From the NCBI GenBank assembly GCA_033762315.1, contig JANRLS010000270.1, positions 6,166 through 38,165 of the forward strand: a stretch of 32,000 bases of DNA, in the 5' to 3' direction. Shown here in pieces: positions 29,622-32,000 of this stretch. Position 1 is the first letter of the stretch; every line of letters starts with the position of its first letter. Source of the stretch: Pirellulaceae bacterium. GTDB lineage: Bacteria > Planctomycetota > Planctomycetia > Pirellulales > Pirellulaceae. The notes under the pieces are model-generated. The model was not told the origin of the DNA and ran no database searches. It saw only the letters and a program-made list of their open reading frames with translations. A program made the translations under genes and the position numbers.

Positions 29622-32000
29622 ATGATGAACTACCGTCTTTTGTCTCTGGTCGGAATATTGCTGATGACGACCAACGCCGTATCCGCCGCCGAAACAGCCG
29701 AGGGGATTCGGACGCGGGCGAAAACCGTCCTCGCGCCGCTCGCCGGTGATATTTCGCTCGCAGGGCTCGAGCAGCCGGTGGAAGTGCTCCGCGACGAGTG
29801 GGGCATTCCGCATATTTACGCCCAGAACCAGGACGACATGTTCTTCGCCCAGGGGTTCGTCGCCGCGCAAGATCGGCTGTTTCAGCTGGATATGTGGCGG
29901 CGAGTGGCGCTCGGCGAAACGGCTGAGATTTTCGGCGACGACGCCATTCCCGCCGACCGCTTTGCCCGGCTGCTCTTGTATCGCGGCGACATGCAAGCCG
30001 AGTGGACGAGCTATGCCCCCGATACACAGGCGATTGCCACGGCGTTCACCGCCGGAATCAATGCGTGCATCGACCAGATGCAAGGCAAGCTGCCGATTGA
30101 GTTTCAACTCGCGGGGTATGCGCCCCAGCGCTGGCGGCCGGAGGACATTTTGGGGCGGATGTCGGGGATCGTGATGGTGAGCAACTGGCAGCGCGAAGTG
30201 GCTCGCGCGCGGCTCGTGGCGACGGTCGGCGTCGAGGAGGCGCGGCGACTGGCCCCGACCGATCCGCCACGCGACTTCGCCCCGGCCGACGGTCTCGACC
30301 TGGCCGCGATCACGCCCGAAATCTTCAACGGCTATCAGGCGGCGACGCGGGGGCTCAAGTTCCCGCCAATCACTACCGAAAGCAACAACTGGGTGGTCGA
30401 TGGCGCGCTCTCGGCTTCCGGCAAGCCGATGCTGGCGAGCGATCCGCACCGGGCGATTGGCCTCCCCTCGCTGCGATACATGGTCCATTTGCACGCCCCC
30501 GGCTGGAATTGCATCGGCGCGGGGGAACCGGCCCTGCCGGGCATTGCCCTGGGGCACAACGAGCGAATCGCTTGGGGAATCACGATTGTCGGCACCGATC
30601 AGGCTGATTTGTACGTGGAAGAGACGCACCCCAACGACCCGCGACAGTATAAGGTCGATGGGCAGTGGCTGCCGATGCGGGTGATTCACGAAGAGGTGGC
30701 CGTGCGCGGCCGGAAAGCGCCGCTGACGCTGGAGCTGCGCTACACCCGGCATGGGCCGGTGATTTATCAGGACGATAAGCGGCAGGTGGCGATTGCCCTG
30801 CGCTGGGCCGGTGCGGAGCCCGGCGGCGCGGCCTATTTGGGGGGGCTGTCGGTCGCCCGCGCTCAAAACCGGCAGCAGTTCGTGAAGGCGCTCGAGTCGT
30901 GGAAAGTCCCCGGCCTGAACTTCGCCTATGCCGATGTCGAGGGGCAGATCGGCTGGGTGGCGGCCGCTTTGACGCCGATTCGCGACGGCTGGGACGGCCT
31001 CTTGCCGGTGCCGGGGGCGGCGGGCAAACACGAGTGGCGCGGGTTTCTGCCGGTGGCCGAGTTGCCGCAGACATGGAATCCGCCGAGCCACTTCGTCGCC
31101 ACCGCCAATCACAATATTCTGCCGCCAGGCTACACCCGCGAGATCGCCTACGAATGGTCGTCGCCACATCGCTTTTTGCGCATTCAGGAGCGGCTGACGG
31201 AGAAAAAGCAGTTCACGCTGGCCGATTTTCAGAGCATCCAGCACGATAGCGTTTCGCTGCCGGGGCGGGCCTTGGGGCGAATGCTGGCCGAGGTCGAATT
31301 GCCCACGGAACTGGCCCCGTTCGGCAAGTTGCTGACCGAATGGAATGGCCTGCTATCGAAGGATTCGCCGGCTGGGCCGCTCTATGCCGCCTGGCTGCAA
31401 GAGCTGGTGGCTGGGTTCTTCGGCAGTCGCCTGCCGGCCGACACCCGGACTGAGCGGGGAGATTTGCGCAGCACTTCGCTCTTGCTCAAGCAATTGGCCG
31501 AGCCGACGGCGCCCTGGTTTGGCTCCGAACCGGTGAAGGCGCGCGACGAATTGGTGTGCAAGACACTGGCGGCGGCAGTCGAGCGGATCAAGAAGCTGCT
31601 AGGGGACGACCCGCGCGATTGGGCCTGGGGAAAGCTGCATACGGCGAGTTTGACGCACCCGCTGGCGAGCCTGGGCCAGCTCTATGAGAAGGCGTTCAAC
31701 CTGGGCCCCGTTTCGCGAAGCGGGGATGTGCATACGCCGAACAACACCCGGCACGACGACCAGTTCAACCAGGTGCATGGGGCGTCGTTTCGGCAGGTGC
31801 TCGATTTAGCCGACTGGGATCTTGGGATGGCGACGAGCGTGCCGGGGCAATCCGGCCAGCTTGGCAGCCCGCATTACGACGACCTGTTGCCCCTGTGGGC
31901 CGAGGGGAAATACTTCCCGCTGGCCTATTCGCGGGGAATGGTCGATAAGGTGTGCCGGAACAAGCTGGTTTTGCAACCGGCGGAGAGGGCGACGAAGTAA
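29622..32000 (+). CDS. Penicillin acylase family (Ntn-hydrolase, S45) protein, secreted
   Basis: C-terminal part of ORF 29493..32000; ATG 29622 (MMNYRLLSLVGILLMTTNAVSAAE, a signal peptide). Family motifs: RDEWGIPHIYA, FAQGFVAAQDRLFQLD and the putative autoproteolytic nucleophile context TESNNWVVDG...ASDPHR. The stop is TAA at 31998-32000. Confidence 0.9.
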   Translation: MMNYRLLSLVGILLMTTNAVSAAETAEGIRTRAKTVLAPLAGDISLAGLEQPVEVLRDEWGIPHIYAQNQDDMFFAQGFVAAQDRLFQLDMWRRVALGETAEIFGDDAIPADRFARLLLYRGDMQAEWTSYAPDTQAIATAFTAGINACIDQMQGKLPIEFQLAGYAPQRWRPEDILGRMSGIVMVSNWQREVARARLVATVGVEEARRLAPTDPPRDFAPADGLDLAAITPEIFNGYQAATRGLKFPPITTESNNWVVDGALSASGKPMLASDPHRAIGLPSLRYMVHLHAPGWNCIGAGEPALPGIALGHNERIAWGITIVGTDQADLYVEETHPNDPRQYKVDGQWLPMRVIHEEVAVRGRKAPLTLELRYTRHGPVIYQDDKRQVAIALRWAGAEPGGAAYLGGLSVARAQNRQQFVKALESWKVPGLNFAYADVEGQIGWVAAALTPIRDGWDGLLPVPGAAGKHEWRGFLPVAELPQTWNPPSHFVATANHNILPPGYTREIAYEWSSPHRFLRIQERLTEKKQFTLADFQSIQHDSVSLPGRALGRMLAEVELPTELAPFGKLLTEWNGLLSKDSPAGPLYAAWLQELVAGFFGSRLPADTRTERGDLRSTSLLLKQLAEPTAPWFGSEPVKARDELVCKTLAAAVERIKKLLGDDPRDWAWGKLHTASLTHPLASLGQLYEKAFNLGPVSRSGDVHTPNNTRHDDQFNQVHGASFRQVLDLADWDLGMATSVPGQSGQLGSPHYDDLLPLWAEGKYFPLAYSRGMVDKVCRNKLVLQPAERATK

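Noticed and set aside
29253-31244. 663-aa ORF antisense to the penicillin acylase gene
   Set aside because: It has the same GC-rich antisense artefact composition, and the sense frame carries unambiguous acylase motifs and a signal peptide.
1-32000. Search by eye for tRNA/rRNA/tmRNA/RNase P/SRP RNA signatures, transposase/integrase genes and prophage genes
   Set aside because: I found no T-loop-like ggttcgaatcc motifs, no conserved ncRNA boxes, and no ORF with transposase, integrase or phage hallmarks. A tRNAscan/Infernal run would be needed to exclude small RNAs formally.

Overview
This is a visibly GC-rich chromosomal segment (about 60-65 percent by eye, not computed) with dense, mostly housekeeping and envelope-type genes on both strands. 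The gene content is most consistent with a Planctomycetota genome (inference). It includes a PmoA-like DUF6807 protein, an FGE-sulfatase-like protein, a secreted protease with a DUF1080-like module, a secreted HEAT-repeat protein and a Ser/Thr kinase beside an ECF sigma factor. GTG/TTG starts are frequent, Shine-Dalgarno sites are often weak, and there are many long spurious antisense ORFs. I support 28 CDS (one truncated at the window edge, one weak small ORF), two canonical intrinsic terminators and three families of short dispersed REP-like repeats. I recognised no rRNA, tRNA, CRISPR array, transposase, integrase or phage genes. I could not identify a coherent multi-gene novel system such as a defence island, biosynthetic cluster or secretion system. 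The most unusual items are these. (1) A single 1143-codon frame joins a MarR DNA-binding domain to a lipoprotein-type signal and a TolC-like outer-membrane channel (11106-14537). (2) A strong intrinsic terminator lies only 20 nt upstream of the greA start codon, implying read-through/attenuation control. (3) A secreted PTP-like phosphatase is fused to a cytochrome c-prime-like haem domain. (4) A CbiA/CobB-like protein has lost both its P-loop and its amidotransferase triad. (5) A Ser/Thr kinase and an ECF sigma factor without an anti-sigma gene are separated by a 900-bp ORF-poor spacer. (6) A tandem 34-bp repeat array lies between the sigma gene stop and its terminator, with perfect 26-nt copies elsewhere in the window. 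All family calls come from motif recognition by eye and need HMM or BLAST confirmation.
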